A DNA stretch of 37,969 nt, from the NCBI GenBank assembly GCA_025357235.1, contig JANXPQ010000539.1, forward strand, positions 1 to 37,969, in the 5' to 3' direction. Origin of the DNA: Betaproteobacteria bacterium (lineage in GTDB: Bacteria; Pseudomonadota; Gammaproteobacteria; Burkholderiales; JACQAP01). The notes beneath the pieces were generated by a model. The model was not told the DNA's origin. It was given only the letters and a program-made list of their open reading frames with translations, and ran no database searches. Shown here one piece after another: positions 28,256-37,969 of this stretch; within the stretch, counting starts at the first letter, position 1, and every line of letters starts with the position of its first letter. The position numbers and the translations under genes were made by a program.

Positions 28256-29578
28256 ATGAATTCCAAATTTTCGCGCAATCAGGATCTGCTCTCCCGCAGT
28301 CTGCGCTCCGTATGGCATCCCTGCACGCAGATGAAACATCACGAGGAAATGCCGCTGGTGCCGATCGCGCGCGGCGACGGGATGTGGCTGTACGACTTCG
28401 ACGGCAACCGCTACCTCGATGCGATCAGTTCCTGGTGGGTCAATCTTTTCGGACATGCCAACCCGCGGATTAACGCTGCGTTGACTGACCAACTCCAGCG
28501 GCTCGAGCACGTAATCCTGGCGGGTTTCACTCATGAGCCTGTGGTGCAGCTTTCCGAGCGATTGTCGGCTCTGACCGGGTTGTCGCATTGCTTCTACGGC
28601 AGTGACGGCGCATCTGCAGTCGAGATTGCACTTAAGATGAGCTTTCACTACTGGAGGAACGGCGGGCAGCCCGAAAAAGCGCGGTTTGTCAGCCTGAGAA
28701 ATGGCTACCACGGGGAAACACTGGGAGCGCTGTCGGTGACGGATGTGCCTCTGTTTCGCGATACGTATGCAACGCTGTTGAGGCAGAGTACCCAACTTCC
28801 CTCGCCAGATTGGCGGGATGCGCGTCCCGGTGAAAGTGCCGAAAATGTTGCCCTGCGTGCGACGGGCGCACTGGAGGCTTATCTCGTCGCGGAGCATGCA
28901 CAGACCGCGGCTCTGATCGTCGAACCGCTGGTCCAGGCCGCGGGCGGAATGGCGATGTACCACGCGCGCTTCCTGCAGGAGGCACGGCTTCTGTGCGATC
29001 GCTACGGCGTGCACCTCATCGCCGACGAAATCGCGGTCGGATTCGGACGCACGGGCAGCTTTCTCGCCTGCGATCAGGCCGGCATTCGCGCGGACTTCAT
29101 TTGCCTCTCCAAGGGCATTACCGGCGGTTACCTGCCGCTGTCGGTGACGATGACGACCGACGACATCTACCGGGCGTTCTACGACGACGAAATGGCGCGG
29201 GGCTTTCTGCATTCCCATTCCTATACCGGCAACGCGTTAGCCTGCCGTGCCGCGCTGGCGGTGCTGGACATCTTCAAGGAAGACGACGTGATTGCCGCGA
29301 ACCGGGTGAAGTCCGCGCAAATCTCCGCCCGCTGTCAGAAGATCGTTCAGCATCCCCGTGTCCGGCAGTTCCGCAATACCGGCATGATCTGGGCATTCGA
29401 CGTGGATACGCAGGATGTGTTGTTCCCGCGCAGGTTCTATAGCGCCGCACTGGAACGGGGGTTGCTGCTGCGGCCGCTGGGTAAAACGGTCTATTTCATG
29501 CCGCCGTATGTGATCGAAGAAGACCAGATGGACCTGCTGGTCGACGGGACCTGCGCAATCCTGGACGGTATGAAATGA
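28256..29578 (+). CDS. bioA: Adenosylmethionine-8-amino-7-oxononanoate aminotransferase
   Basis: Class III aminotransferase: SVWHPCTQM, ISSWWVNLFGH, DEIAVGFGRTG, and PLP lysine LSKGITGGYLPLS. Start at MNSKFSR.... Confidence 0.9.
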   Translation: MNSKFSRNQDLLSRSLRSVWHPCTQMKHHEEMPLVPIARGDGMWLYDFDGNRYLDAISSWWVNLFGHANPRINAALTDQLQRLEHVILAGFTHEPVVQLSERLSALTGLSHCFYGSDGASAVEIALKMSFHYWRNGGQPEKARFVSLRNGYHGETLGALSVTDVPLFRDTYATLLRQSTQLPSPDWRDARPGESAENVALRATGALEAYLVAEHAQTAALIVEPLVQAAGGMAMYHARFLQEARLLCDRYGVHLIADEIAVGFGRTGSFLACDQAGIRADFICLSKGITGGYLPLSVTMTTDDIYRAFYDDEMARGFLHSHSYTGNALACRAALAVLDIFKEDDVIAANRVKSAQISARCQKIVQHPRVRQFRNTGMIWAFDVDTQDVLFPRRFYSAALERGLLLRPLGKTVYFMPPYVIEEDQMDLLVDGTCAILDGMK

Positions 29579-29615
29579 CAGAGCGCAGAGCGCGCCATAC
29601 CCGGCCCAGGCCATC

Positions 29616-31034
29616 GTGAAGCTCATGCCTATCCGATTCATGCTCCTGCTGCTCGCCTTGTTGCCAGCAGGCGTTTACGCGACCGCCCTGAACAATCTGC
29701 CCGGCGGCGTAGCTGCCGCCCTCGCGCAGGCGGGCATTCCCGCAAGCGAGGTCGGCATCTATGTGCACGATCTCACGAGCGACCGCGAGGTGTTGTCCTT
29801 CGGCGCCGACAAGGCACTCAATCCGGCTTCCACCATGAAGCTGCTCACCACCTTCGCGGCCCTGGAATTGCTCGGACCGGCATTCACTTGGAAAACCGAA
29901 GCCTGGCTGGATGGCACGCTCGACGGTGACCGGCTCAATGGCAATCTGGTATTGAAAGGTTACGGCGATCCGAAATTCAGCATGGAAAGCCTCTGGCTGT
30001 TTCTGCGTGACCTGCGCAATCGCGGCATGCGCGACATCGGGGGCGATGTGTTACTGGACCGCAGTTTTTTCGCGATCGACAGCCACGACCCTGCGCTTTT
30101 CGACAACGAGCCTTCGCGGCCTTATAACGTCGGTGCCGACGCGCTGCTTATCAACTACAGGACATTCCGGCTCCAGTTCGTCCCGGACGAAAGAAAGCAG
30201 GCAGTCGGTATCTTCGCCGAGCCGGTCCTGCCGCAGACCCTAATAGTGAATGACCTTCGGCTCGGCCCGGGCAGTTGCGATGTCTGGCCGGAGAAGCCGT
30301 CGATCAATGACAACACATTGACATTTTCCGGTGTGTTTCCATCGGGCTGCGGCGAGAAGTTCCGCTATTTCAGCCTGCTCCCCGCGAACGACTATGCGCA
30401 GGCGCTGTTCCGGCAATTCTGGCAGCAAGTCGGCGGCACCTGGTCCGGGAACGTGCGGGACGTCGAGCTTCCCGCAACGGCAACACTGTTCTCCACCTGG
30501 GAGTCCCCGCCGCTCTCCGAACTTATACGTGACGTCAACAAATTCAGCATCAACGTCATGGCACGGCAAATGTTCCTCACCCTCGGCGCGCGCCCGAACC
30601 CGCCGGCCATGCTGGAGAAATCGCAGCGCATTTTGCGTGAATGGCTTGAACGCCGCGGACTCTTCTTTCCGGAGCTGGTGGTCGAGAATGGCGCTGGCCT
30701 CTCGCGTACCGACAGAATAAGCTCGCGACATCTCGCCCAGGTGCTGATCGCAGCCTATCGCAGCCCGGTGATGCCGGAATACATCGCTTCCCTGTCCCTG
30801 ACGGCCGTCGATGGCACGATGAAAAAGCGGTTGAGCAATTCGCCGGTAGCCGGGCAGGCGCACATGAAAACGGGTTATATCGAAGGCGTGCGCGCGATTG
30901 GGGGCTATACCCTCGATACGCGCGGGCGGATGCTCGCCGTGGTCCTGATCATCAACCATCCGGCTGCGCGGAACGCGCAACCCGTGCAGGACGCGCTGCT
31001 GGAATGGGTTTACGCTGGACAGGATTCCCGTTGA
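29616..31034 (+). CDS. dacB: D-alanyl-D-alanine carboxypeptidase/endopeptidase (PBP4 family)
   Basis: Signal peptide, SxxK motif (ASTMK), PBP4-like length of 472 aa. GTG start; an ATG at 29625 is the alternative. Confidence 0.85.
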   Translation: MKLMPIRFMLLLLALLPAGVYATALNNLPGGVAAALAQAGIPASEVGIYVHDLTSDREVLSFGADKALNPASTMKLLTTFAALELLGPAFTWKTEAWLDGTLDGDRLNGNLVLKGYGDPKFSMESLWLFLRDLRNRGMRDIGGDVLLDRSFFAIDSHDPALFDNEPSRPYNVGADALLINYRTFRLQFVPDERKQAVGIFAEPVLPQTLIVNDLRLGPGSCDVWPEKPSINDNTLTFSGVFPSGCGEKFRYFSLLPANDYAQALFRQFWQQVGGTWSGNVRDVELPATATLFSTWESPPLSELIRDVNKFSINVMARQMFLTLGARPNPPAMLEKSQRILREWLERRGLFFPELVVENGAGLSRTDRISSRHLAQVLIAAYRSPVMPEYIASLSLTAVDGTMKKRLSNSPVAGQAHMKTGYIEGVRAIGGYTLDTRGRMLAVVLIINHPAARNAQPVQDALLEWVYAGQDSR

Positions 31035-31110
31035 TACACGATGTACTTGCCCACGGCGACCAACTGCGGAGCTTGTGCGATAATTCCGCGTGTCATCTTC
31101 GTGCGCTCCA

Positions 31111-32481
31111 GTGAAAAAAAACCCGCTCAACGTCGTGATCCTTGCCGCGGGCAAGGGTACGCGCATGCACTCCAATATCCCCAAGGTCTTGCACGAAATC
31201 GGCGGCAAGCCGATGCTGGGTCACGTGCTCGAGCGGGCCGACGCGTTGCAGGCGGATCGCACGGTCGTCGTCTACGGTTACGGCGGCGAGGCCGTTCCGA
31301 CCACATTGGGAAATGCAGCTGTCGAATTCGTCCGTCAGGAACCGCAGCTCGGCACCGGCCATGCGGTTCAGCAGGCCTTGCCTTACTTGCAGGCAGGCGG
31401 AACAACACTGGTGTTGTATGGGGATGTGCCGCTTACGCGTGGTGCCACGCTTATGAATCTCATCTCCAGACCAGGCCTGCGATTGCTTACTGCAACGCTC
31501 GCCAATCCGATGGGATACGGCCGCATCGTGCGCGACAAAACCGGCCGCATTCGCCGCATTGTCGAAGAAAAGGACGCGAGCGCGCCGGAAAAAAGTATCA
31601 ACGAAGTCAATACCGGCATTCTCTGCGCGCCTACTGACATGTTGCACCACTGGCTGTCGAAGTTGAACAACCGCAATGCGCAAAAAGAGTATTACCTGAC
31701 CGACATAGTGCCGCTTGCCATCGATTCGAAAACCGAAGTGACCTCGACCCAACCATCGGACGACTGGGAAATTCTGGGCGTGAACAGCAAGGACCAGCTG
31801 GCCTATCTTGAACGTGTACATCAATTGCAAAATGCCCGCGGGCAGATGTCAAGTGGGGTAACCCTCGCGGATCCGTGGCGCTTCGATGTCCGCGGCCAAC
31901 TTCAATGCGGCAACGATGTGTTTATCGACGTAAACTGCATATTCGAAGGACATGTTCGACTGGCGGACGAGGTCAGGGTCGGTGCGGGATGTGTGCTGAA
32001 GAATGTCGAGCTCGGCGCAGGTACGGTAGTCGCGCCTTATTCCCATCTTGATGGTGTCGTGGCGGGCGCAAACTGCCAAATTGGGCCCTATGCGCGGATG
32101 CGGCCAGGCACGCACTTGGCCAACAATGTGCACATCGGCAACTTCGTCGAGACTAAGGCGACCGAGATCGGTCACAAATCAAAAGCCAACCATTTGAGTT
32201 ATCTCGGCGATACGACCATTGGGCGCGGCGTCAACGTGGGCGCCGGCACCATAGTTTGCAACTACGACGGCGCCAACAAATATCGCACCATAATCGAAGA
32301 CGATGCTTTCATCGGCTCCGACTCCCAGCTGGTAGCGCCAGTAACCATCGGGCGGGGCGCCACGATCGGAGCAGGAAGCACGATAACAAAGGACGTTCCC
32401 GCGGGCGAGCTGACGCTGTCGCGCGCCCGCCAAGTTTCGATATCTGGCTGGAAACGCCCGGTAAAGAAGGAAAAGAAGTGA
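31111..32481 (+). CDS. glmU: Bifunctional UDP-N-acetylglucosamine pyrophosphorylase / GlcN-1-P acetyltransferase
   Basis: [15 protein letters not shown]-terminus and C-terminal left-handed beta-helix hexapeptide repeats. GTG at 31111 gives a 456-aa product. The ORF-track GTG at 31090 is the alternative start. Confidence 0.9.
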   Translation: MKKNPLNVVILAAGKGTRMHSNIPKVLHEIGGKPMLGHVLERADALQADRTVVVYGYGGEAVPTTLGNAAVEFVRQEPQLGTGHAVQQALPYLQAGGTTLVLYGDVPLTRGATLMNLISRPGLRLLTATLANPMGYGRIVRDKTGRIRRIVEEKDASAPEKSINEVNTGILCAPTDMLHHWLSKLNNRNAQKEYYLTDIVPLAIDSKTEVTSTQPSDDWEILGVNSKDQLAYLERVHQLQNARGQMSSGVTLADPWRFDVRGQLQCGNDVFIDVNCIFEGHVRLADEVRVGAGCVLKNVELGAGTVVAPYSHLDGVVAGANCQIGPYARMRPGTHLANNVHIGNFVETKATEIGHKSKANHLSYLGDTTIGRGVNVGAGTIVCNYDGANKYRTIIEDDAFIGSDSQLVAPVTIGRGATIGAGSTITKDVPAGELTLSRARQVSISGWKRPVKKEKK

Positions 32482-32553
32482 AGGCAATGTCTATTGATGC
32501 ATAGTTGCAAAGCGCCCGAATCGAACAATTCTTTCCGGTAATTCTCCTAAATC

Positions 32554-34371
32554 ATGTGTGGAATCGTCGGCGCCGCATCGGCGCGTAACATTGTCCCAGT
32601 CCTGCTCGAGGGGCTCAGGCGCCTTGAATACCGGGGTTACGACTCCTGCGGCATCGCCATGGTAGCGAAGGGAGAATTGAGACGGGCACGCAGCGTTCAG
32701 CGTGTCGCAGACCTTTCGGCCCAGATCAGCCAGGACGGTCTGGGCGCTTTTACCGCCGTGGCGCATACGCGCTGGGCGACGCATGGCGCTCCGGTAACGA
32801 GCAACGCGCATCCCCATTTCTCCCGCGGGGAAGTCGCGGTGGTGCATAACGGAATCATCGAGAACTACGAGGAAATCCGCACGGAGTTGCAGCGCGAAGG
32901 CTACATCTTTGAAAGCGCCACGGATACCGAGGTCATCGTACATCTGGTGCACAGCCTTTATGGCGGCGATCTGTTCGAGGCGGTAAAGAAAGCGGTTGCA
33001 CGCTTCAGAGGTGCTTACGCTATCGGCGTGCTGTCGAAATCCGAGCCGGGCCGCGTCGTAGGCGCCCGTCTCGGATCGCCGCTGGTATTGGGCCTCGGGG
33101 TGGATGAGAATTTCATTGCTAGCGACGCCATGGCGCTTGCTGGCATCACCGATCAGATTGTTTTCCTGCAGGAAGGCGACATCGTCGATATCCGGCCGGA
33201 TCGGGTAACAATCGCCGATCGCACGGGCGCGACGGTGCAACGCCCCGTCAAGACCGTGCAGATTGCTTCGGGCACAGTCGATCTCGGCCCATACCGGCAT
33301 TACATGCAGAAGGAAATATTCGAGCAGCCGCGCGCAATTGCCGATACGCTCGAACAGGTCGGCGGCATTGATGCAACGCTTTTCGGGGAAGCCGCGCCTG
33401 CGATATTCGACAAAGTAGATCGCGTATTGATCCTCGCCTGCGGAACCAGTTACTACGCCGGTTGCGTCGCGCGCTATTGGCTCGAGGCCATTGCCGGCAT
33501 TCCCACAACCGTCGAAATCGCCAGCGAATACCGCTATCGCGTTTCGGTTCCGCATCCGGCAACTTTGGTGACGGTCATCTCACAATCCGGCGAGACCGCA
33601 GATACGCTGGCCGCGCTCAAGCATGCCCAGTCGTTGGGCATGACCAGCACGCTGGCGATATGCAACGTCGCGACCAGCGCCATGGTACGCGAATCGGCGC
33701 TGCAGTTTCTCACCCGTGCCGGCGTCGAGATCGGCGTGGCGTCGACCAAGGCATTCACGACACAACTGGTTGCCCTTTACCTCCTTGCCAACGTATTGGC
33801 CAAAAAAAGGGGGCGGCTTTCGAAGGAAAACGAAGTTGGCGTGATTAAATCGCTACGCCATTTACCCGCTGCCGTGCAGAGCGTCCTCGCGCTCGAGCCT
33901 CATGTCATCGCCTGGAGCGAAAGCTTCGCACGCAAGGAAGACGCCTTGTTCCTCGGGCGTGGCTTGCATTATCCCATCGCGCTGGAAGGCGCCTTGAAAC
34001 TGAAGGAAATCAGTTATATCCATGCCGAAGCTTACCCGGCCGGCGAACTTAAGCATGGCCCTCTCGCGCTGGTGACGGAGGACATGCCGGTCATCACTGT
34101 TGCACCAAACGACGTGCTGCTGGAAAAACTAAAGAGCAACATGATGGAAGTCCGCGCCCGCGGCGGCCAGTTGTATGTTTGCGCCGACGCCGACACGCGC
34201 ATTGCCGGTGGCGAGGGCATCCACGTAATCCGCCTGCCCGAGCACTACGGCGACCTTTCTCCGATCCTGCATGTCATTCCGCTGCAGTTGCTCGCGTATC
34301 ACACCGCGCTGGCTCGCGGCACGGACGTGGACAAGCCGAGAAATCTTGCGAAATCAGTAACGGTCGAATAG
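32554..34371 (+). CDS. glmS: Glutamine--fructose-6-phosphate aminotransferase
   Basis: N-terminal MCGIVG (Ntn amidotransferase), two SIS domains, C-terminal KSVTVE. Confidence 0.95.
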   Translation: MCGIVGAASARNIVPVLLEGLRRLEYRGYDSCGIAMVAKGELRRARSVQRVADLSAQISQDGLGAFTAVAHTRWATHGAPVTSNAHPHFSRGEVAVVHNGIIENYEEIRTELQREGYIFESATDTEVIVHLVHSLYGGDLFEAVKKAVARFRGAYAIGVLSKSEPGRVVGARLGSPLVLGLGVDENFIASDAMALAGITDQIVFLQEGDIVDIRPDRVTIADRTGATVQRPVKTVQIASGTVDLGPYRHYMQKEIFEQPRAIADTLEQVGGIDATLFGEAAPAIFDKVDRVLILACGTSYYAGCVARYWLEAIAGIPTTVEIASEYRYRVSVPHPATLVTVISQSGETADTLAALKHAQSLGMTSTLAICNVATSAMVRESALQFLTRAGVEIGVASTKAFTTQLVALYLLANVLAKKRGRLSKENEVGVIKSLRHLPAAVQSVLALEPHVIAWSESFARKEDALFLGRGLHYPIALEGALKLKEISYIHAEAYPAGELKHGPLALVTEDMPVITVAPNDVLLEKLKSNMMEVRARGGQLYVCADADTRIAGGEGIHVIRLPEHYGDLSPILHVIPLQLLAYHTALARGTDVDKPRNLAKSVTVE

Positions 34372-34477
34372 GTTCTCGCCTTGAAAAGCGCCAGACAGCC
34401 GTCAGCCGAACACATCATCAGCGCGTTTCGGCTTAAATGTACGCTCCAACAATGCTCGGATTACAAGGAAGATGAGA

Positions 34478-34951
34478 ATGCGCACCACGCGTGAATTGCT
34501 GTTCATACTTTTGTTCCCGGTGCTGGCCACGTTCGCGTCTCCGACGCTGGCCAACATGGGTGAGGACGATTCGGCCGGCAGCAAGGAATCGAATTATCAG
34601 GAAGGCAAGAAGGCGGTCGAAGCCCAGGATTGGGACAAAGCGGTCGATCTGCTTTCCAAAGCCGTCCAGAGCGACCCGAAGAACGCGGATGCACATAATT
34701 TCCTCGGCTACGCTTACCGCAAGAAGGGTGTATTCGCGGCCTCGTTCGAGCACTACGAAGAAGCGCTCAAACTCAATCCGAAACATAAGCATGCCCACGA
34801 GTACATCGGCGAGGCCTATCTCCTGACCAACAACCTGCCCAAAGCGGAGCAACACCTGGTCGAGTTGCAGAAAATCTGCTCGCCGATTCCGTGCGAGGAG
34901 TACAAGGAACTCAAGCTCGCCGTGGACGCCTATAAGAAAGCCAAGAAATAG
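34478..34951 (+). CDS. Secreted TPR-repeat protein
   Basis: Signal peptide (LLFILLFPVLATFASPTLA) and TPR-like repeats (AHNFLGYAYRKKG..., AHEYIGEAYLL...). The second ATG was chosen because AGGAAG lies 6 nt upstream. Confidence 0.7.
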   Translation: MRTTRELLFILLFPVLATFASPTLANMGEDDSAGSKESNYQEGKKAVEAQDWDKAVDLLSKAVQSDPKNADAHNFLGYAYRKKGVFAASFEHYEEALKLNPKHKHAHEYIGEAYLLTNNLPKAEQHLVELQKICSPIPCEEYKELKLAVDAYKKAKK

Positions 34952-34953
34952 CG

Positions 34954-35607
34954 ATGCCCAACGCGGCGATACGTGCCGTGCTTTGGGATTTCGGCGGCGT
35001 AATGACCGAAAGCCCGTTCCTGGCGTTTCGTCGTTTCGAGAAGGAACACGGCTTGCCCGCCGATTTCCTGCGCGGGATCAATGCACATAACCACGACAAC
35101 AACGCTTGGGCGCGCTTCGAACGCTCGGAATTGTCGCCGCAGCAGTTCGACGAAGCTTTTGCCGCAGAGACACGGTCTGCCGGCTACGAAGTGCGTGGAC
35201 TCGACGTCATCGATCTGCTTTATGGCGAGGTCCGCCCGGCAATGGTTACCGCGCTGAAGGGGTGCAAGGGCCACTTCACCAATGCCTGCGTCACCAATAA
35301 TGTCAGCGCTGGCCCGGGACGGGGTTTCGCGCGCGATCCCGGGCGCGCCGGCGAATGGAAGGGGATTCTCGGCTTGTTCGATGTCGTCATCGAATCTTCC
35401 AGAATCGGCGTGCGCAAACCCGAGCTTCGATTCTTCGAAAGGACTTGCGAGCAACTCGGCATAACGGCGTCGCAGGCGGTCTATCTGGATGACCTGGGCA
35501 CCAACCTTAAGCCTGCGCGGACCATGGGAATGCACACCATCAAGGTGGAGGATCCGGCGATTGCGATCGCCGAACTCGAGTCGGTGCTGGGAATAGCCTT
35601 GCGCTGA
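34954..35607 (+). CDS. HAD-superfamily hydrolase (subfamily IA-like)
   Basis: Motif I WDFGGV, motif III RKPE, motif IV YLDDLGTN. Starts 2 nt after the TPR gene stop. Confidence 0.8.
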   Translation: MPNAAIRAVLWDFGGVMTESPFLAFRRFEKEHGLPADFLRGINAHNHDNNAWARFERSELSPQQFDEAFAAETRSAGYEVRGLDVIDLLYGEVRPAMVTALKGCKGHFTNACVTNNVSAGPGRGFARDPGRAGEWKGILGLFDVVIESSRIGVRKPELRFFERTCEQLGITASQAVYLDDLGTNLKPARTMGMHTIKVEDPAIAIAELESVLGIALR

Positions 35608-35620
35608 AGACGCTGCCTGA

Positions 35621-36397
35621 TCAACTGGGCGGACGACGCGGCTTGCGCGGCGCGTGCGCGAACAACAGGTCGTATAACGGCCGCGGCAGCCGGCGCAGCA
35701 TCCAGCCGACCAGTGCCATCTGCCAGGGCAGAACATAAAATCGTTTGCGTGTGTCAATCGCAGCGGCCATTTTCGATGCCGCGACAGCGGCATCCATCAG
35801 GAACGGCATGCGATAGGGATTTTTTGCCGTCAGCGGCGTGGCAACGTATCCCGGGCAAATGGTGACGACAGAAACGCCGCTGCCGCGCAATTCAACACGC
35901 AAGCTCTCCAGATACGAGATTGAGGCCGCCTTCGATGCCGAATACGCCGCTGCACCGGGCAAGCCACGAAATCCCGCCACGCTGGCGATCCCCACCAGGA
36001 CACCACTGCGTTCCCGCCTCATCGTCTCGACGAATGGCTGAAATGTCAGCATCATTCCAATCACATTTGTCGAGATCACTTCTTTGAATACGGCGTTATC
36101 CTCTGGGTTGCCCGTAAGCGTACCGGCACTCACGCCCGCGTTCGCAATGACGATATCGGGACATCCTACGCGAGCCGTGAAATCCGCTGCAGCCACCGCC
36201 AGCGAGTGCGCGTCCGTAACATCTACGACATAAGCGTACGAACGAACCGGCAGCGACGATGCCAGTTGGGTGAGCAGATCCCCGCGACGCGCCATCAGGC
36301 CGAGCGTGGCGCCGCGTCCGGCGTATTCGAGTGCAAGCGCCCTGCCTATTCCGCTGGAGGCACCGGTAATGATGATTTTCTGGCCCGGCGCCGTCAT
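35621..36397 (-). CDS. SDR family NAD(P)-dependent oxidoreductase
   Basis: TGASSGIG and YSASK motifs. ATG overlaps the stop of the upstream dsbA paralog (ATGA). Confidence 0.85.
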   Translation of the reverse strand: MTAPGQKIIITGASSGIGRALALEYAGRGATLGLMARRGDLLTQLASSLPVRSYAYVVDVTDAHSLAVAAADFTARVGCPDIVIANAGVSAGTLTGNPEDNAVFKEVISTNVIGMMLTFQPFVETMRRERSGVLVGIASVAGFRGLPGAAAYSASKAASISYLESLRVELRGSGVSVVTICPGYVATPLTAKNPYRMPFLMDAAVAASKMAAAIDTRKRFYVLPWQMALVGWMLRRLPRPLYDLLFAHAPRKPRRPPS

Positions 36398-37050
36398 TTC
36401 AGCCTGTCGGTTGCGCGCGCCTTGTCGATCAGGCCATCGACTATCGGCAATAACGCTTCCAGACTTCCTACCATGCCACCGCTGGTCATGTACCTGCCAT
36501 CAATCACAAATGAAGGCGTGGCGCGGATGCCGTACGCCACAGTGGCATCACGCGCCCGTTGCACCTGCGCTGCGACCAGGTCGGAGTCCAAAGTCTGCTC
36601 GAGCTTGACTCGATCGAGACCGAAGCGCTGCGCCCAGTCGTATAGTTCAGAGGAATTGCCCAGATTCAGGCCGCCGTCATGTACGGCCTGATAGACCTGC
36701 CCATGCAACCTGTCGATTTCCCCGAGTTGTTCGAGGGCGAAATAGACCCGGGCAAGCGGGACCCAGGCCGTGCGCCGGAGGGCCGGCACTCGCCGGAAAG
36801 AAACGTCCGCGGGAAGTGTCTTCAACCACGATTGCAACTGCGGTTCCAGGCGGTTGCAGGATTCACAGCCGTAATAGAAAAACTCGATGACTTCGATCTT
36901 GCCGGGTGTGGCTACCGGCTGCGGCGCGATCAGAACATAGTCCACTTCCTCCATCGGCTCCGCCGCCACAGCAACGGACATCGATAGCGCCAACAGGAAC
37001 CCGGCGGCCATCGACACAGCCGGGCGCAGTACGGTAATAGTCTGTTTCAC
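36394..37050 (-). CDS. DsbA-family thiol:disulfide oxidoreductase with non-canonical CESC active site
   Basis: Signal peptide, FFYYGCESCNRLEP, cis-Pro loop RATPSFVIDG. Confidence 0.8.
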   Translation of the reverse strand: MKQTITVLRPAVSMAAGFLLALSMSVAVAAEPMEEVDYVLIAPQPVATPGKIEVIEFFYYGCESCNRLEPQLQSWLKTLPADVSFRRVPALRRTAWVPLARVYFALEQLGEIDRLHGQVYQAVHDGGLNLGNSSELYDWAQRFGLDRVKLEQTLDSDLVAAQVQRARDATVAYGIRATPSFVIDGRYMTSGGMVGSLEALLPIVDGLIDKARATDRLK

Positions 37051-37068
37051 GATCCCGCCAAAAGCGGG

Positions 37069-37734
37069 TCAGCGCGCACCGCTCTGACTCATGTCGATCA
37101 ACTCGTTCAAGATCTGCATGAGCCGGGCATGATCGACATTGCCGTCGGCGCGCACAGACATCGAAGGGCCGGTCATGTAACGCCCGCCTATGATCAGGTA
37201 GGGCGTGCCAGGTATGTGGTAGTTGCGCGTCATCAGCGCGGCGCGCTGCACCTTGTTGTTCACGCTGAAGGAGTCGAAAGTTGCCTCGAATTTCTTGGTG
37301 TCGACACCCTGGTCCCCCATCCACTTCAGCAGAATTGCGCGGTCTGTCAGATTCAACTGCTGCTGATGGATCGCGTAATAGACCTTGTCGTGCAGTTTTT
37401 CCAGCGATCCCATTTCTTCGAGCGTGTAGTAGATCTTGGCAAGCGGGATCATGCGCTCATTGAATATCGCGGGAACGTAGCGGAACTCCACGTTCTTCGG
37501 CTTGTTCTTCAGCCAAGTCTTCAGGTTCGGCTCGAATTCATAACAATGCGGGCATGCATAGTTGAAAAATTCCAGCACCTCCACGCCCTTCACCGTAGCC
37601 GGCTGGGGCTGCGCCGGGTCGATCAGCTTGTATTCCTTATCCGGAACCGGCTTGGCTGCAACGGCCGTTGCGAGCACGAATCCCAGAATCGTCAGTGCGG
37701 CAAGCAATGTGGGGCGTAGTTGTTTCATGGACAT
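37069..37734 (-). CDS. dsbA: Thiol:disulfide interchange protein DsbA (CPHC)
   Basis: Signal peptide, FFNYACPHCYEFEP, cis-Pro loop PGTPYLIIGG. Confidence 0.9.
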   Translation of the reverse strand: MSMKQLRPTLLAALTILGFVLATAVAAKPVPDKEYKLIDPAQPQPATVKGVEVLEFFNYACPHCYEFEPNLKTWLKNKPKNVEFRYVPAIFNERMIPLAKIYYTLEEMGSLEKLHDKVYYAIHQQQLNLTDRAILLKWMGDQGVDTKKFEATFDSFSVNNKVQRAALMTRNYHIPGTPYLIIGGRYMTGPSMSVRADGNVDHARLMQILNELIDMSQSGAR

Positions 37735-37760
37735 TCCCGTAACGTTATCAATTTCCGAGC

Positions 37761-37969
37761 CTATTCGCGCACCTTGATCAGGTTCGCTTCGAGCTTGTTT
37801 TCCTTCAAAGCAGCGCGTGTCTTGATCAACTCATCCTGATTCGAGAATGGACCGACTCTCACGCGGTGCCATACCTGTCCGTCCGGCAGCGTGGCGGTCT
37901 GGATCTGCGTCTCGATCCCGGCAAGCGCAAGGCGCGCCTTGAGATTGTCCGCGTCGGACGGGCTCTGGA
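37761..37969 (-). CDS. SPOR-domain protein, C-terminal fragment (5' end outside window)
   Basis: Frame open to the window edge. ...NLKARLALAGIETQIQTATLPDGQVWHRVRVGPFSNQDELIKTRAALKENKLEANLIKVRE* is SPOR-like (peptidoglycan-binding). Confidence 0.65.
   Translation of the reverse strand, partial: QSPSDADNLKARLALAGIETQIQTATLPDGQVWHRVRVGPFSNQDELIKTRAALKENKLEANLIKVRE

Noticed and set aside
32482-32553. glmS ribozyme upstream of glmS
   Set aside because: Only 72 nt separate glmU and glmS, too short for the ribozyme. That element is characteristic of Gram-positive bacteria.

Overview
High-GC (about 60%) proteobacterial, probably betaproteobacterial, chromosomal segment. It is densely coding with about 45 genes, most of them housekeeping. 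In order: livHMGF-type ABC transporter; feoAB plus a coupled small Cys-rich membrane protein, with a Fur-box-like site; a reverse-transsulfuration pair (CBS, Cys/Met PLP enzyme) translationally coupled to dsbB; an SDR; a bare Ser/Thr kinase; a three-ORF nitrile-hydratase-family enzyme; an RND efflux pair; grx4-prmC-prfA-hemA; a TRAP transporter (dctPQM type); tRNA-Phe; an MFS transporter; groESL with a perfect CIRCE and a sigma32-like promoter; one unrecognised protein; bioA; dacB; glmU-glmS; a TPR protein; a HAD hydrolase; an SDR; two tandem dsbA paralogs; and a SPOR-domain fragment. I saw no CRISPR array, transposase, integrase, phage genes or rRNA. Two loci are the most unusual. (1) A Co-type (VCTLCSCY) nitrile-hydratase-family enzyme has its beta subunit split into two overlapping ORFs. 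Its gene order matches three-subunit relatives (thiocyanate hydrolase, toyocamycin NHase). The alpha subunit has a His-rich N-terminus, there is no activator gene, and the locus sits in a same-strand block RND-MFP-NHase-Ser/Thr kinase-SDR. (2) A second tRNA-Phe-derived copy lies directly upstream of the intact tRNA-Phe. It is identical over nt 1-34, interrupted exactly between anticodon positions 34/35 by a 72-nt hairpin-rich insert, and has a decayed 3' half. All calls come from reading the sequence and ORF translations by eye; no database search was possible, so family assignments rest on recognisable motifs.
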